A stretch of DNA of 63,786 nucleotides, filler included, from Octopus bimaculoides (GCF_001194135.2; 5 parts of 4 records of this genome joined end to end with filler, not necessarily neighbours in it), one strand, 5' to 3'; shown: positions 48,704-63,399, numbered from the whole stretch's first letter. Notes: generated by a model not told the origin, from the letters alone. A program made the numbers and translations.

Positions 48704-51354
48704 ACCTTTCACAGTGCTCAGCGCCGGCCGCCGAGAGACGCAGCAAACCGTCGAGGTAGTGACTGAAGTTCGCCACCATCTCCGCCCCGCCACTCTCTCC
48801 GAACAACCGAACAAAGTGCTGGTGAAAGGTTTCACACATCTGCCTGGAATCGCTCAGCTCATGTCCGTCTCGATCCGTCAAAGTCTGAATTGTAGTTTTA
48901 TTATTACGCTGCACCTCCGCCACGCGGACCATCGAACAGCTTTGATCCCCTAGTTTCTTAGAGCACGCGTCTTAGCTCTGACAATGCAACCTTCGTGTTT
49001 CGCATTGAAGAACTGGTCTAATGCCATTCTCGCTGCTAGCACGTCGATTGCAATGCCACTACAAATAGCCTCGTCTAGTTTAGCTACTAACCTTTCCACT
49101 TTTCTAATTTTTTTTTTCTAACACTATGTCTTTCTAACACTATGTCTCTATCGACATTACTCTAATCTCTCTTTTGAGAGCCGCCCACCACTTGTTGTTG
49201 ACGACCCTCCCCTATCCTGTCAACTTCTGCTTAACTAAATTGGTGACTCAGTCCCTCTAAGCCTTACCTGACGGAAACGACATGTTCAGCTTCCAGTACT
49301 AGGGCCCTAACCTACGCGTCTTATTTGGGTCTACCGTACAGATCACAAACTTATGGTCTGAACAGGCGACCGTTTTAAAAATTGACATCCTACACTATTA
49401 CTATTTTCCTAGTGAAAATCCTATCTATATACTATCTAGATGACCCTAAGCAGTTGGTTCAGGTCCACACTGGCGCATTAGGGAAATCTCGTCGGTACCT
49501 GTCATACAGTTGGAACTGCCTGATCAGGTGCATGAGGCTTTTGGACACCACTCTTCTATCAGCTACTCCCACACAATCCCAACGCTGATCCAAGATTCCG
49601 TTCCAGTCCCCTACTAACAGTAAAGGGTGAGACGTACCTAGAAAGGCTTCCAGAAGTCCAAAGAAATCTGGTAGTTTGACTCTTGTAGTGGCGTAAACGG
49701 CTACCAGTCTAAAGACACTACCTTCACTATTGCTCACGTCTGGGACCACCAACTTCCCGTCCGGGTCCCGGAAGACCGAATATACCTCGAGATTCAGTTC
49801 TTTCCTAAACAGCACTGCCATTCCACCTCCCATTTCCGGCCGACTAACAGATGCAAAGATCTGATAATCGTCGAACATGGGGGCCAGTGTGCATGTATTG
49901 GAAGTCCTTGTCTCTCTGACAGCAATTATATCCAATTCTAGAGACCTAAGGTCGTTGGGCAGGCGCCCCTGATTCCAGGGCGACCCCAGGCCTCGAATAT
50001 TAAAAAATCCTACTCTTAGTATTGCCATGTTGGCAAGCTTAAGAGAGAAAAGAAAGGTTTACTTACTTCCTGGTGTCTTGTGAAGGTCGGGTGGTTCGAC
50101 CGCCATAATTGGTGGGGTCTTTTTTGGGAACCCCTTTAAGAGCTTTGATGTGGGTCTCACGTTCGGAGTTCCCACNNNNNNNNNNNNNNNNNNNNNNNNN
50201 NNNNNNNNNNNNNNNNNNNNNNNNNNNNNNNNNNNNNNNNNNNNNNNNNNNNNNNNNNNNNNNNNNNNNNNNNNNNNNNNNNNNNNNNNNNNNNNNNNNN
50301 NNNNNNNNNNNNNNNNNNNNNNNNNNNNNNNNNNNNNNNNNNNNNNNNNNNACGAGGGCCACCAGTTCCTTGCTGTCCCTTCTGATGAGTACGAAGTTGG
50401 GTGTTTTGTGTTGGTGTTGTTTAATTTGTTTACTTGACTGTAGTGGTGATGGTCTTGTTGTTGTTGTTCCTGATGTGTTTGTGTGTGCTGTGAGTGTTAT
50501 GTCTGCAGTTTTAGATGTTTGCGTGAGAATCTGTTCTTGTTTAGGTTGTTTGCGTCTGGGGATTCTAGTGATAGTGATGGTGTTGGTGTTGGTGTTGGTG
50601 TTTTGGAGGAAATTCTTGCGTGGGTGTTGTTATACTTTGTGGAGTTTTCCTTCTGTGCTTTGTTGTTTTTTTTTTTGTTTTCTTTTGTTTTTTGACCTTT
50701 TGGTTTTCCTTCATCTTCACTACTGGAAGATGAAGTATCTGTTGCTGTAAGTATGTCTGTGTCTGTGTGCATGTTTATAGTCTTGTTTATGTGTGTATTT
50801 TTGTTTGGTGTGAGGGGGTGGGAGAGCTTTCCTTGTTTCCCCCTAGGGTGATTAATGTCTTTGGTGTTGCTGGTGGTTTTGCCGGTGCTGGTGTTGTTTG
50901 TGGTTCTCGTCCCGGCGTAGGCAGCAGTGGAGGCCTTTGACCCCTTGCACTTTGTACCAGTTGGGAGCAGCGAGCTCATAAAGGAGTCGTTTCTCCACAC
51001 ACGAANNNNNNNNNNGAGCAGCGAGCTCATAAAGGAGTCGTTTCTCCACACACGAAACGATGACGCCTTTTGCCCTCAGTTATATGCATCACCATCCTGT
51101 TCTGGAGACGGATGTGGTCCGGGATTTTTATTATGTTTTTGGGTCTGATCTGGAGAAGTATCTCCAGGTCAGCTCCGGACCAGTCCTTCCTGACAGCTGT
51201 TGTCGCCTCTATCGAGACAGCATCCGTCCCCTCTACGATTACGCATCCCGGAAGCCAGCAAATATCTAGTTATTTGGTGGGCCGAAAATCACCCCTCTGG
51301 GGGCTACACAACCATAAAAAAACAGTAATAGGTTCCTGGTGTTTCTATTGAATA
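48704..51354 (-). mobile_element. Tx1/L1-like LINE: ORF1 with decayed CCHC knuckle and ORF2 APE endonuclease, disrupted
   Basis: ORF2 starts at 50028: MAILRVGFFNIRGL...DIIAVRET...AVYA...LVGDWN...WT, then SDHKFV and GP*YWKLN (49280-49370) and continues to the gap at 48704. ORF1 has IPDHIRLQNRMVMHITEGKRRHRFVCGETTPL*ARC (about 51020-51125) and a Thr/Ser/Lys-rich tail. Confidence 0.85.
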
Positions 51355-51429
51355 ATTATTGAAAAAGGACACCAACCCTGGTGTAAATAAATATTTTGAA
51401 CTGGACTTGCTTGGAGCGTTCCTGAAGCA

Positions 51430-51579
51430 ACAACCCCAAAAAAGGACCATTAAAACAACGAACTTAGCACCTGAGCAACTCTGGGCCCCTATAACAACTG
51501 AAGAGGTCACCCAGACACTGCAAAGACTAAGCAACTGGAAAGCACCTGGACACGACAAGATCCCCAATTTCTGGTTAAA
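51430..51579 (+). mobile_element. R4/Dong-like reverse transcriptase N-terminal fragment running into a gap
   Basis: ITTEEVTQTLQRLSNWKAPGHDKIPNFWL, the NWKAPGxDxIxNFWL motif. Confidence 0.75.
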
Positions 51580-52219
51580 NNNNNNNNNNNNNNNNNNNNN
51601 NNNNNNNNNNNNNNNNNNNNNNNTTAATTAATTAANNNNNNNNNNNNNNNNNNNNNNNNNNNNNNNNNNNNNNNNNNNNATATATGGCAAAAAGAAAATG
51701 GAGAGGATACAAAAATGACATACATCAGTCGGTAGACATTCTATTATGTCTATTTTTTTCAAAACAAAAGGGACTATTATAAGAATACATGCACATGCAA
51801 AGACTGTGTGCTACACAAATATATACTAGTAATACATAAAAGAGTAAAAAGATTAAAATATTAGTTCATTACGGCCGTTTCTGCCAAGAGGCCATGATAT
51901 CCTCCATGGTAGCTCCATCTCTTCAGTGTTCTGTAGGGATTGGTAGGTAAAGCTTGGATGTTGAGTGTGCCTCTAGGCTTCAGCAGGGTGTCTAAATGTT
52001 TATATATATAGGATCAAGAGCAAACCAGTTAAGAGACACGATACAGCCAACACATATACACATTTCGTAACCATAGCAAGGTAACAACGAATCAGGTATA
52101 AACTTTGTACTCATCAATCCTACCATATTCTCACATTGACGAACAACATTTTGCATCTAGCTTCTGAACTAGTTTCTTCATGCAAGTATAAAATCATTAA
52201 CACTAAAATATTTCAGACT

Positions 52220-52625
52220 AGTAGGCGCATGCGTGGCTGTGTAGTAAGAAGCTTGTTTCCCAACCACATGATTCCGGGTTGAGTCCCTCTGCGTAGAAAC
52301 TTGGGCAAGAGTATTTTAATATAGTCTCGGACGACCAAAGCCTTGTGGGTGGATTTGGTCGACGGAAACTGAAAGAAGCCCGCCGTATGTGTATATATAT
52401 ATATATGAGTGTGTGTGTGTTTGTGTGCGTATGTCCAACACTGATTTTCAACTGGTTTTAGTGTGTTTGTACCCCATAATTTAGCGCTTTGGCAAAGGAG
52501 ACCGATAGATAAGTATCAGACTTTAAAAAGAATTTTGGGGATTTATTCATTCGGCTAAAAAACCTTTAAGGCAGTGCCCCAGCATGGCCACAGTCTAATG
52601 ACTGAAACAACTAAAATATAAAAGA
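52220..52625 (+). mobile_element. SINE family A, full length, diverged
   Basis: Head, internal (TA/TG)n and tail all present. Confidence 0.82.
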
Positions 52626-52949
52626 AAACCTTTTTTCTAACGGCTAAATAATATCTCATCACCTTCTCTCTGTCCACTTCCACCACAAACTATCCACAAA
52701 ATTTACATAAAAATCATTTTACAGTTTTACATTAGACAAGCACCTCAAAATTATCTAAAACTTCCCTAATCTCCAACCAAAATTCCCAGAAATGTTTTTT
52801 AACATAAGTGCATAAACCTACACGTACATAAATATATATTTATATGCAAGCATGTTAGAAGACCTTTTCCTCTTATTCTCTGGTTTTTTAATTGAAAATT
52901 TTATACGCACATATTTATTAATTATTTTTAATTTTAAATATTTCAACTA

Positions 52950-53800
52950 TTTCTAATCTTATTTTTATACATGTTTTTATAACCCCCACTTCCATATATA
53001 TTCATAGGTCTAAAATAATATACAAAATATCCTCATTTGAAACAGAATTGAAAAACATATTTAATAGAAGCCCACCAACACTCTCGCCATGGAACAGAGA
53101 GATTGAAATTTCTACATCTCAACCACATTGGTTATAGAACCCAGAGCGCCAGAGAGAAATATACTAACAAACTTTACACTGTCTTATGAACACCAAAGCA
53201 AAAGATAAATAAATTTCTATACAAACAGCACCATGACATGTTCAGCTTATTATCTCCACTTTTCAAATACAAACTGGAAATACCCTACATAACATCAACT
53301 GCAAGTGAATAAACTTACCATTTACTTTCATTCTCTTGTGAATACTTAAAATTCCATTGCCAAAAATATTGATCCACCAAATTACTACATATTTTAATGC
53401 TGGACTAATCTTTAAACTTTATATTGACTAAGTAAAAATCCAATAGAACCGAAAATAACTAAAATTAATGACACACCCACTTCTTCTCCATACCTACTTC
53501 CTTTTGGTGGACAACTAAAAACATTCTCACAACCTGAAGCTGTCAAACTTAAATATACATATCGTTTTACATGGTTCTACAAGCTTGCAGTAATTCTGAA
53601 CTAAAAATTACCCGAAATTAATTTAATCAATAAAAATTCTTTACAACAACACTTTGTCACAACTTACCCTACAACCTAAATACCAGTCAACCGATCCCCC
53701 AAGACCCTGGACAGAAATTAACTTAATGCATCTCAGTCGATGATGACTTAGCTGGCCAAAACTTCGAAGTCACCGTTAATATTATTCTTGTTAAAGAATA
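52950..53800 (+). mobile_element. Possible highly decayed Penelope-like fragment
   Basis: A/C-skewed strand, LPFGG and YRFT-like peptides, GATGATGAC...AAAC near 53740. Weak. Confidence 0.3.
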
Positions 53801-54699
53801 ATAAACATTCATTCATACTTACATACGTACATACATACATACATACATACATACATACATACATACATACATACATACATACGTACGTACGCACGTACGT
53901 GTGTGTGTAGATGTTTGCTATTTTCATAGCGCTATTTATAATTGATTAACAAGAGTTCAGAATTCCATAGCTGTTTCCTAAGTGGCTCTCTTTTCGATTC
54001 TGCCTGCTGTTTTTCTAAAAGCAAATGTAATTGCAAATAAATATATATGATATATAGTTTTTCTGCTCGAAATCAAATGTCAGAATTATTCATATAAGAA
54101 AAGGCTGTCTACATCCAATTTCTTACTGGACTGTTATTTTAATGAATGACGTCAACTGTGCATACATTTTTGCTTCAATATCTTTGCGACAGTCCTCTCA
54201 AGTATTTCTCATAGAAATCTCCAATATTGCACTGCACAGCAAACAATATATATATATATATATATATAATTTGTTTATCTCTTGCTTTGGTGTTCACAAG
54301 ACAGTGTAAAGACGTCGCCCGGGTATCCATATAGTGTCTCATTCGCTCTTCCTCTCTCACCCTTTCACTCACTCTCCCTCTCTATCTATTTATCTATCTA
54401 TCTCTCACTCTTCTAAATTCTATTTATGGTCAGCATAAAACAAAATGTTTGAACAAATGTTGTTATAGAAAGTCTGAGTTAAATCGTCGCATACTCATTT
54501 CACCCAAGGCCCCTGACCCTAACCAAATAAAGGAAGTTAGCTAACGTTTTATGACAATTGTCATTTCAATACACCAAATTTTTAAACCCAGTACAAGAGT
54601 TTTGGGTCTCAAGTTAATCTCTTCAGTCTTCACAGTAACTTTATTTATGTATTTTAGCAAAGTAAAGTCGTAGATTCAGTAATATAGAATTTAATGATT

Positions 54700-55010
54700 C
54701 ATTCAGCCATTGTCTCCACCCATCATTTCTGGGAGGGTCTTTGGATTTGTGTTCTCAAGTACTTCCTTCATGGGGTTCTATCAGAAGCATCCTCGTTACA
54801 CTTTCCGGCGGCTGGATTCCAGTCGTGTTCAGCTGAAACTACAGATATTATCCAATCATCGCGCTTTTGGTCTACCCCTAGGTCGCCTGCCAGTTCTCTC
54901 TGTTTGAAGAATCCATCTTGATATTCCTTCTTGTGATATTTTAGTTATACTCTGTTATAGCGTCTATAGTGAACTCTCATCGCGATAAATCGCAGCACGA
55001 TCATAATTTT
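54700..55010 (-). mobile_element. RTE-clade LINE 3' coding fragment
   Basis: Minus translation SQEGISRWILQTERTGRRPRGRPKAR*LDNI, the GKRPRGRPR.RW.D motif. Confidence 0.7.
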
Positions 55011-55192
55011 TCGATCATATTTGTTACTACCCTAAGAGCAATGAAGTGACTATCTTGAATTAAATTGCAAAATTTCGCTCAATTTGTCGATTTTGGTTTG
55101 AACAAAGTATGATTATTATGTTTGAAACTCATTTCACATTTAAGGTGAGTAAGCCATCGCCGTAATTAGATAAGCATCTAGTATCAGACTCA

Positions 55193-55229
<37 letters not shown>

Positions 55230-57964
55230 GAGGTTAAAATAGCCTCATTAAAGAATAAAAATATCCAATGAATTACTGGTTCATTGCTTAATATATTTTT
55301 GTGAATGGTGATATTCATAAAATAATAAGTCTAAGTATAAATCTCGGTTTATAAATACTCAGAAATAAATTCGGAAAATGGAGACGTAGCATTAATATAA
55401 TTTATTAACTGCAAAAATCCAACATATTCCCTTACAGCTGTTTCATTTTTATCCACAAATTAAAATTACAATAATTAAATCATTGTGTTAGGCAAAATCT
55501 TATCAGAGGAGTAGAAAAGAGATACCATTAGGTTATTAGGTGTTACGTTTCCAAATCATCTCACCAAAGTCTGGGAAATCTAGATTCAAATAAGCGTGAC
55601 TCGAAGAATGAATATATAAGTCCCCTAAAATGATAACTAAGAAAAAATTCTATGCATATTTTAAACGAGTTTTTGTTCATTCTTATCTTCCTTTAAATAT
55701 CACCTACTGAAGAATACAAATTTAACCATTACGATGTTCTATTTATGAATATCTTGGTCCATTTGTAAGAAACAATTGTACGGGAATGTGAAAATAAAAA
55801 CTAAAATCCATTTTAACATCCAATCTCCTTCATTTCATAAATATAAATAAATTTGTTGAAATTTGTTTAATAAGCTAAGTTATATGCTGATTATTTCTAT
55901 ACAAGATTTCATTCCTATACGAACTTCAAAAAAGTTTCGAAAGTATGAAGAAAAGACATTAGAAATCTAAGGAAAAAATTCCAATTAAAGAACGAACATA
56001 CATTNNNNNNNNNNNNNNNNNNNNNNNNNNNNNNNNNNNNNNNNNNNNNNNNNNNNNNNNNNNNNNNNNNNNNNNNNNNNNNNNNNNNNNNNNNNNNNNN
56101 NNNNNNNNNNNNNNNNNNNNNNNNNNNNNNNNNNNNNNNNNNNNNNNNNNNNNNNNNNNNNNNNNNNNNNNNNNNNNNNNNNNNNNNNNNNNNNNNNNNN
56201 NNNNNTATATATAAATAAAAGATGAACCAATAAATAAATGGCTAACTGTGCCTAAGTTTAGTCTTTTTTATTTTAGATATTTTGTGTCTTTATATGCTGC
56301 TTTTTACTACTATTTTGGAACAATAATGTTCCTAAACTTCTATTCAATGTTTCCGCGATTTATATTGATCCGGAATGGTTGTAGAAAAGAATACAAAATA
56401 TTCTAAAATCAAAGAAGACAAAGTCGAGTATTACAGGAAAACATACCCATGTATGTTTGTGTCTATGAATATATGTATGTACGTACGTATGTATGTATAC
56501 ATGTATGTATACATGTATATGTATACTTATGTGTGTGTGTGGTTTCTGAATTATTGCGCTCTCCTTTCTTTGTTACAATCGACGCTGGGTTGTACGATGA
56601 TTAACATGGCAGTCATAATAAATGGAAAGATAGCGAAAGATTACAAAGACGTTCCCACTTCTCTAAGAAAAGTCTACTGCTATTGAATTTTCAGTTTATG
56701 AACTCATTGAATTTGTCCTTATTTGGGTGACATACTAATATCATGTGACTGTAGTTTATAATAACAGCATGGTTGATAGATATTGTATATTACTATTGTA
56801 ATATACTTGCTATTACATGGACGAGTGAAATTCATTTGTCACGAAACACTGTCACGAGATATTGAGAAAATTCCTCATTTGCATCCGCCACACATGTTAC
56901 ACTAAAGAAAATGACAAGCCCAATAGTATTGATACTATATATTTTAAGTTTCTATTAAATTTTATTTGTAAATAGACTGTAAAGTAAATTCTTTAAGTTA
57001 CCTTATTACATTCCTTGTAGCTGTACTTTTTTTTATAGAAGTTTGTTTTAGAAAACAAAATTGTACCAGTATAGAATGGATGTTTTTATAATCTATTTAC
57101 AAATATTTCGTTTTGTACGACCTGGCAGCAATTAATAAGCATTGCAATTTGGAAAATATTTTTGACTGATAGCATCTATGTCAGGTCAGATGTAATCTGG
57201 GTTCTGAAGGAAGCCATGAGCAAAGTAAAGTTGAATACCATTGACGAGATTTTATTTTTCAAATACAAACCGGCATGTGTAGCTATTATTAACACTGACA
57301 CGTTTCTTGAGGCATTTAGTTCACTGGCCATCCTTCTGTTTGGCTATATTAGAAACGTGAATTAAAATGCAGTGGTTTCTTTTCAGAGTATACACACACT
57401 TTTAGGATAGGAGCCAAACATTTAAAGGAAATAAATTCACATGGTATTGCTATTACAAACCTACAGTAATTGAACAAGAATAATACATACGGTATTGATT
57501 GCCTGCTCAAACCTAAGACTAAGATCTACGAGGAAGAAATGAGAGGTTAGAAGGATCAGGTATTTATAAATGTGTTAGCGATGTAAAGGGTGCTGGAATA
57601 GTTTCAAACAAAAATTAAAACACCGCCTTCTGAACTTCGACTCGGTTCCTAGGATAAAATTCTCTTATTCTACAGAAGCGAAGAACACGGTGTGACGAGA
57701 AATAGGTTATTACAACATTCATAATTCGTTCCAAAACATCGGAAGCATAAGTGAAAAGAAACGTCTGTAATCAAGAATCTGACTCATTTCAGAAACTTAT
57801 CTAAATGCATCTGCACGCGTGTTTAAAAATCCTCATTCTTTTTTTTATCAATAACTACATAATAATATTCCGGTGAGATAATTCGAAAACTGTTTTAATA
57901 CCTTTGCGTTGCATACATTTTTGAGAATATAAGATTATCTTCATTACTATAGTAGCAGAATTAG

Positions 57965-58390
57965 GGTGGTGAGCTGACAGAATGGGTAACACATCGGGCA
58001 AAATGCTTAGCAGCATTTCGTCTGTGTTTACATTCTGAGTTTAAATTCCGCCGAGGTCGGCCTTGCCTATCATCATTCCGGTGTCTATAAAATGAGTACA
58101 AGTTAAGCACTGGAGTAGATGTAATTGACTTACTTCCTTCTCCGGAATTGCTAGCCTTGAGCCAAATTTTGAAACAAATACAGAGGAAGAATTCCTAACA
58201 AGAAGGACAAAATAATTAGTGGCATTACTTCCGGTTATTTACATTCCATGTTCAAATAACACTGACGTCAGCTTTGCCTTTCATCTCTCCGGGTCGATAA
58301 AATAAAGTACAATTCAAATATTGGAGTTAATAGTATTAACTAATTCCCTCCCCTCAAAATTGCTAGCCCTGTGCCTAAATTAGAAACCCT
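57965..58390 (+). mobile_element. Tandem pair of SINE family B
   Basis: Units at about 57965-58185 and 58225-58390. Confidence 0.8.
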
Positions 58391-58884
58391 TAATAAAATA
58401 TGAATACTAAATATCAATTCCGTTTTCCTATGAATGAAGAATACACTTTTTAGATGGTAAAACATAATTTGAAAAATTCATACCTTTTAAAAGACACTGT
58501 ATTAGAAACACCTAGTTCACTGATTAAAGTATCCGATTACATGCCATAACGACACCACAAATCATGATTTGCATGTCTATATGTACATGTTTGCAGTACA
58601 ATGTGATGGATGAAATAATCGAAGCAACATAATTTTGATACTTGAACAATAACCGCTGCACCATATCCTATGTGAAGTGAGTTAATAAAATCATCTCCAT
58701 CATTTTCTTGCACATGCATGATGGTTAGACACTGAGTGTCCATTTCTCTAACTTTGTGTAATAAACTTCAAAGAGCTACCTAACATTGTCAAGGTTCAAT
58801 TGGAAATTATTTTCATAATTAATCAAATATAGAAAATAAACATTTTTTGCAGAAAAGGTCAAAACAAACATTACAGTGTGTGTA

Positions 58885-58930
<46 letters not shown>

Positions 58931-59039
58931 TGTGTGTGTATTGCATCTCATAACTAATGCGCTTTTTTCAATTGTATCAAATAAAAAGTCGGAGGGGGAC
59001 GGGATAAACTACCTGCATCAACTTTCCATAAAAGCAGGT

Positions 59040-59400
59040 AGTAAATTTACCTTGCACTAAGAATGAGCGGGCATATCGACGGATACGCAAGTAATACAAC
59101 GCCGAATTTTCATATCTTCCAATTATACCCATGCAAAGATTCAATCTCAGTACAAGAACCCCTAAACAAGGAAAAACATGTTCATACGAAAGTACAGACC
59201 ACACCTCCATATACAAATTTAACCATTTTCAAAAATTATACTAAGGAGCCAGTTGTCCCCCTGTTGCTACCCTTGGTTCACTCTCTCGACTCATTCTCAT
59301 TTTCCAACCATCCAAAATGACGCGACACCTCTGCACGAGAATTGATTACTGTACAATGTCCCTTAAAAAGCTAATTTAAATAGCGAAAACCGGTTGAATT
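59040..59400 (+). mobile_element. Penelope-like element, GIY-YIG C-terminus and 3' region
   Basis: LRMSGH...TTPNFHIFQLY...QEPLNKEKH resembles the PLE GIY-YIG end (RMxxH...F.I.P...R..KE..FI); decayed. Confidence 0.5.
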
Positions 59401-60449
59401 TCACGACATCCATATAATATGTATACATTTATAAAAAGATATTAAACTATATGAAACGAAGGCATATATATATATATATNNNNNNNNNNNNNNNNNNNNN
59501 NNNNNNNNNNNNNNNNNNNNNNNNNNNNNNNNNNNNNNNNNNNNNNNNNNNNNNNNNNNNNNNNNNNNNNNNNNNNNNNNNNNNNNNNNNNNNNNNNNNN
59601 NNNNNNNNNNNNNNNNNNNNNNNNNNNNNNNNNNNNNNNNNNNNNNNNNNNNNNNNNNNNNNNNNNNNNNNNNNNNNNNNNNNNNNNNNNNNNNNNNNNN
59701 NNNNNNNNNNNNNNNNNNNNNNNNNNNNNNNNNNNNNNNNNNNNNNNNNNNNNNNNNNNNNNNNNNNNNNNNNNNNNNNNNNNNNNNNNNNNNNNNNNNN
59801 NNNNNNNNNNNNNNNNNNNNNNNNNNNNNNNNNNNNNNNNNNNNNNNNNNNNNNNNNNNNNNNNNNNNNNNNNNNNNNNNNNNNNNNNNNNNNNNNNNNN
59901 NNNNNNNNNNNNNNNNNNNNNNNNNNNNNNNNNNNNNNNNNNNNNNNNNNNNNNNNNNNNNNNNNNNNNNNNNNNNNNNNNNNNNNNNNNNNNNNNNNNN
60001 NNNNNNNNNNNNNNNNNNNNNNNNNNNNNNNNNNNNNNNNNNNNNNNNNNNNNNNNNNNNNNNNNNNNNNNNNNNNNNNNNNNNNNNNNNNNNNNNNNNN
60101 NNNNNNNNNNNNNNNNNNNNNNNNNNNNNNNNNNNNNNNNNNNNNNNNNNNNNNNNNNNNNNNNNNNNNNNNNNNNNNNNNNNNNNNNNNNNNNNNNNNN
60201 NNNNNNNNNNNNNNNNNNNNNNNNNNNNNNNNNNNNNNNNNNNNNNNNNNNNNNNNNNNNNNNNNNNNNNNNNNNNNNNNNNNNNNNNNNNNNNNNNNNN
60301 NNNNNNNNNNNNNNNNNNNNNNNNNNNNNNNNNNNNNNNNNNNNNNNNNNNNNNNNNNNNNNNNNNNNNNNNNNNNNNNNNNNNNNNNNNNNNNNNNNNN
60401 NNNNNNNNNNNNNNNNNNNNNNNNNNNNNNNNNNNNNNNNNNNNNNNNN

Positions 60450-60502
<53 letters not shown>

Positions 60503-62637
60503 ATGTATGTATATATATATGTATATATATATATGTATATATGTATATATATATGTATCTGTATATATATGTATTTGTATATATATATATATCTATGTAT
60601 ATTTATATATGTATATATATATATATATATATACACAGATATTTATATATAAATGAGTGGGCGTTTATATTATATAAATATAGATTTCTTCGTAGTAGTG
60701 TATGACATGCATATGGTGATAGAGTCCTACCCATAATTCACATAATGAAATTGGGTTGTCTCATACTAGAAGCTGGGAAACTTCTTTTAGAAGAGGAAGT
60801 CATAACCGTCCTACATTATTGTAATTTTAGTATATTATTATTATTATTACAGAATTCAATCTTTCTTTTTTCGTTTTTTAATTTTTATTTATTCAAGATA
60901 GTAAAATACAATTTCAGAGAGATTTTGATTGCTATTTCAAGCGAATCATGTGATTACATAGCGACTCTCCCAGTAAGTCACAAGTCGTGTAGTTATGATT
61001 GTAGGCGTTCTTTATAGATCAATATTTTAGTAATAATATCTCCATGTACTTTCAAAGCAACTCTTTTTTTCTAAAATTACCCTATAATACCAAGTCTCTG
61101 TGATTTCATATTTTTAATAACTAGGCTTGCCAACATTCTCGAAAACTTGTTATTAAAATGGTATATGAGAGTCAATTGAAATTATCCTTAGAAATGGAAG
61201 GAGGAAAATATTGTGATATTGATTCCTATCTTTTATGAAATATATACATATATAGGCAAACATATCAAGCTTCGTAGATGTGCTATCTGGAAATATAGTG
61301 TTTACATATTTATGCAAATCATGTTGTTTTTTGTTATAAATTTAGCAAAAGACGTAATGGAGTTAAGATGAAGCTGACAGTTTGCAGATATTTCGGCACA
61401 ACACATCGCAATTGTGTTTAGTTTATAATTCAAATGCTATAGACATTCCATGCCATGTAAACGTATTGCAAGTTCAAACGCTTAGACATACCATAAAGTA
61501 TTTCAACTTTACTAAACGCATGTAATATAAATTAGCAGAAAAAGTTTGCAGGTTCCACTTTCGGCAGTCAGTAATACGATGATGCATGATAATACAGTAG
61601 TGATTAGATGTCGTTAAAACGACATCTAATCACAAGCTGTTGTAATAGTGGGGTATAGGCATGAAGGTGTTGCAATATTTAGTGGCATAACTTTGTAATG
61701 CAACATGGCTGAATAGTTAAGGTGTCCGCTTTTTAATAACGGGACCCCGGTTTCACTCCAGCTGTGGGTTATTTAAAACAAATTGCATTTACCATTTCCA
61801 CTGATGATTTTAAGTGAAGTTTAGTTGAAAACTGTGTGGAAGGTCATTAAGTGGAGTGCATCTATAACAGGCTCAGTTGCTTTGATGCTTATGCAATGAA
61901 CTAGCAGTTCAGCTGAACTGTAAAATTGAATAGTCATTTTCGAAATTAATGGAAATTCATTCATTTACTTTATGCCTTTTGCACTCTGATGCCAAATCTC
62001 TGAGTAATTCGCTTCATCTTTTGTTCTTGTTTTGACAATATCGTGGACTATAAATATATCGATAAAATTGACTATATACTGTTTCGCTACGAATGGATGG
62101 CCTTTTGTCAAGGTTATAATTCAATATTTAATATTTAGATATCAATATGTTGTTAATAAACTGCTAAAAGAAACATCCCCTACTAAGTCAGGTGACATGT
62201 AGCCCCCTAAATAATTTCTTCATACAGAAACTAAAAATTTCTGTATCCTAACTTAACATTAAACAATATAACTTGAGCTGTATAATGTGAAAGTAGAATT
62301 TTAAAGATATTCCTGAAAACGACATTCGATCATCGAATATTTGAAAACCTAATTGAAAAATTATTAAAAAAAACTTAATTTTAATTTCGATCCATAACAG
62401 AATAAGATGTAATATAATCTACATCACCACAAAAGTTTTAATCACATGGAACAAGATGAAACTAAATGGAGAAAAAAGAAAAGCTGAAAGAAGTTAGCAT
62501 GTTCCTAATTAAAGTAATTGTAATATTCAAATAGTAATGAAACTAAATTTAATACATTTAATTTTCTTAGTCTGCAAAATTAATAATCAATTAAGAGATT
62601 ACACATTCATACATATATACATACATACACACATAGG

Positions 62638-62673
<36 letters not shown>

Positions 62674-63097
62674 TATGGTATCACACGTGAACACACATGT
62701 ACATAAAGATATGTTATTACTATAATGAATAGCTATATTTACCAACATACAAAGTCTGACACCATGTTCGTAAATAAGGACGCTATCATTCCCACCCACA
62801 GAACTCTCCCTACTCTGATAAATTCAATCTGGCTTTCTCTTTTGTGCTCTACTATATCCATAGAGCTCAGTATTTTCCTTGAGATTTTATTTATATGTAT
62901 ATCAATTTAATAAATTTTCATTTCATTCAAATTTTAATCGATTGTAAAGTGGATCGATTACTTTGGTGGATATTGATTAGTTCACATTATTGTAATTAAT
63001 CTGAATGTAAATAGTGCTCCTGTTCGGTTTTTCTCCAGGATTGATAAATAATGCTTCCTCTTCAAGTGTATCTTAATACCTATTCGCTTGTAATACT

Positions 63098-63290
63098 AAG
63101 GCGGCGAATTGGCAGAAACGTTATCACTCTGGGCGAAATGCTTAGCGGTATTTCGTCTGTCTTTACGTTGTGAGTTCAAATTCCACGGATTATCAAATTT
63201 GCCTTTCATCCTGTCTAGGACAATAAATTAAGTACCAGTTACGTACTGCGGTCGATCTAATCGACTCGCCTCCTCCCCCAAAATTACGCA
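63098..63290 (+). mobile_element. SINE family B
   Basis: AAGGCGGCGAATTGGCAGAAACGTTA head plus core. Confidence 0.82.
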
Positions 63291-63337
63291 TTTACTTGTA
63301 GTAATGCCCTTAATATGATAAATATATATATACATAT

Positions 63338-63375
<38 letters not shown>

Positions 63376-63399
63376 NNNNNNNNNNCGAAGAAATCAACT

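Noticed and set aside
50966-51056. Duplicated 40-mer GAGCAGCGAGCTCATAAAGGAGTCGTTTCTCCACACACGAA
   Set aside because: The copies sit either side of a 10-N gap, a typical overlap artefact.
40931-51354. Shared endpoint of the two Tx1 copies as the element's true 5' end
   Set aside because: The point appears to lie within ORF1, and it only shows that at least one copy stops there.
55230-55990. Possible Penelope GIY-YIG remnant after (TA)n
   Set aside because: Only faint motif resemblance in very AT-rich DNA; not supportable without a search.
56560-58760. Short non-repetitive ORFs (57162-57365, 58537-58743) as host exons
   Set aside because: No recognisable domain; candidate splice pairs give stops in all frames or lack acceptors.
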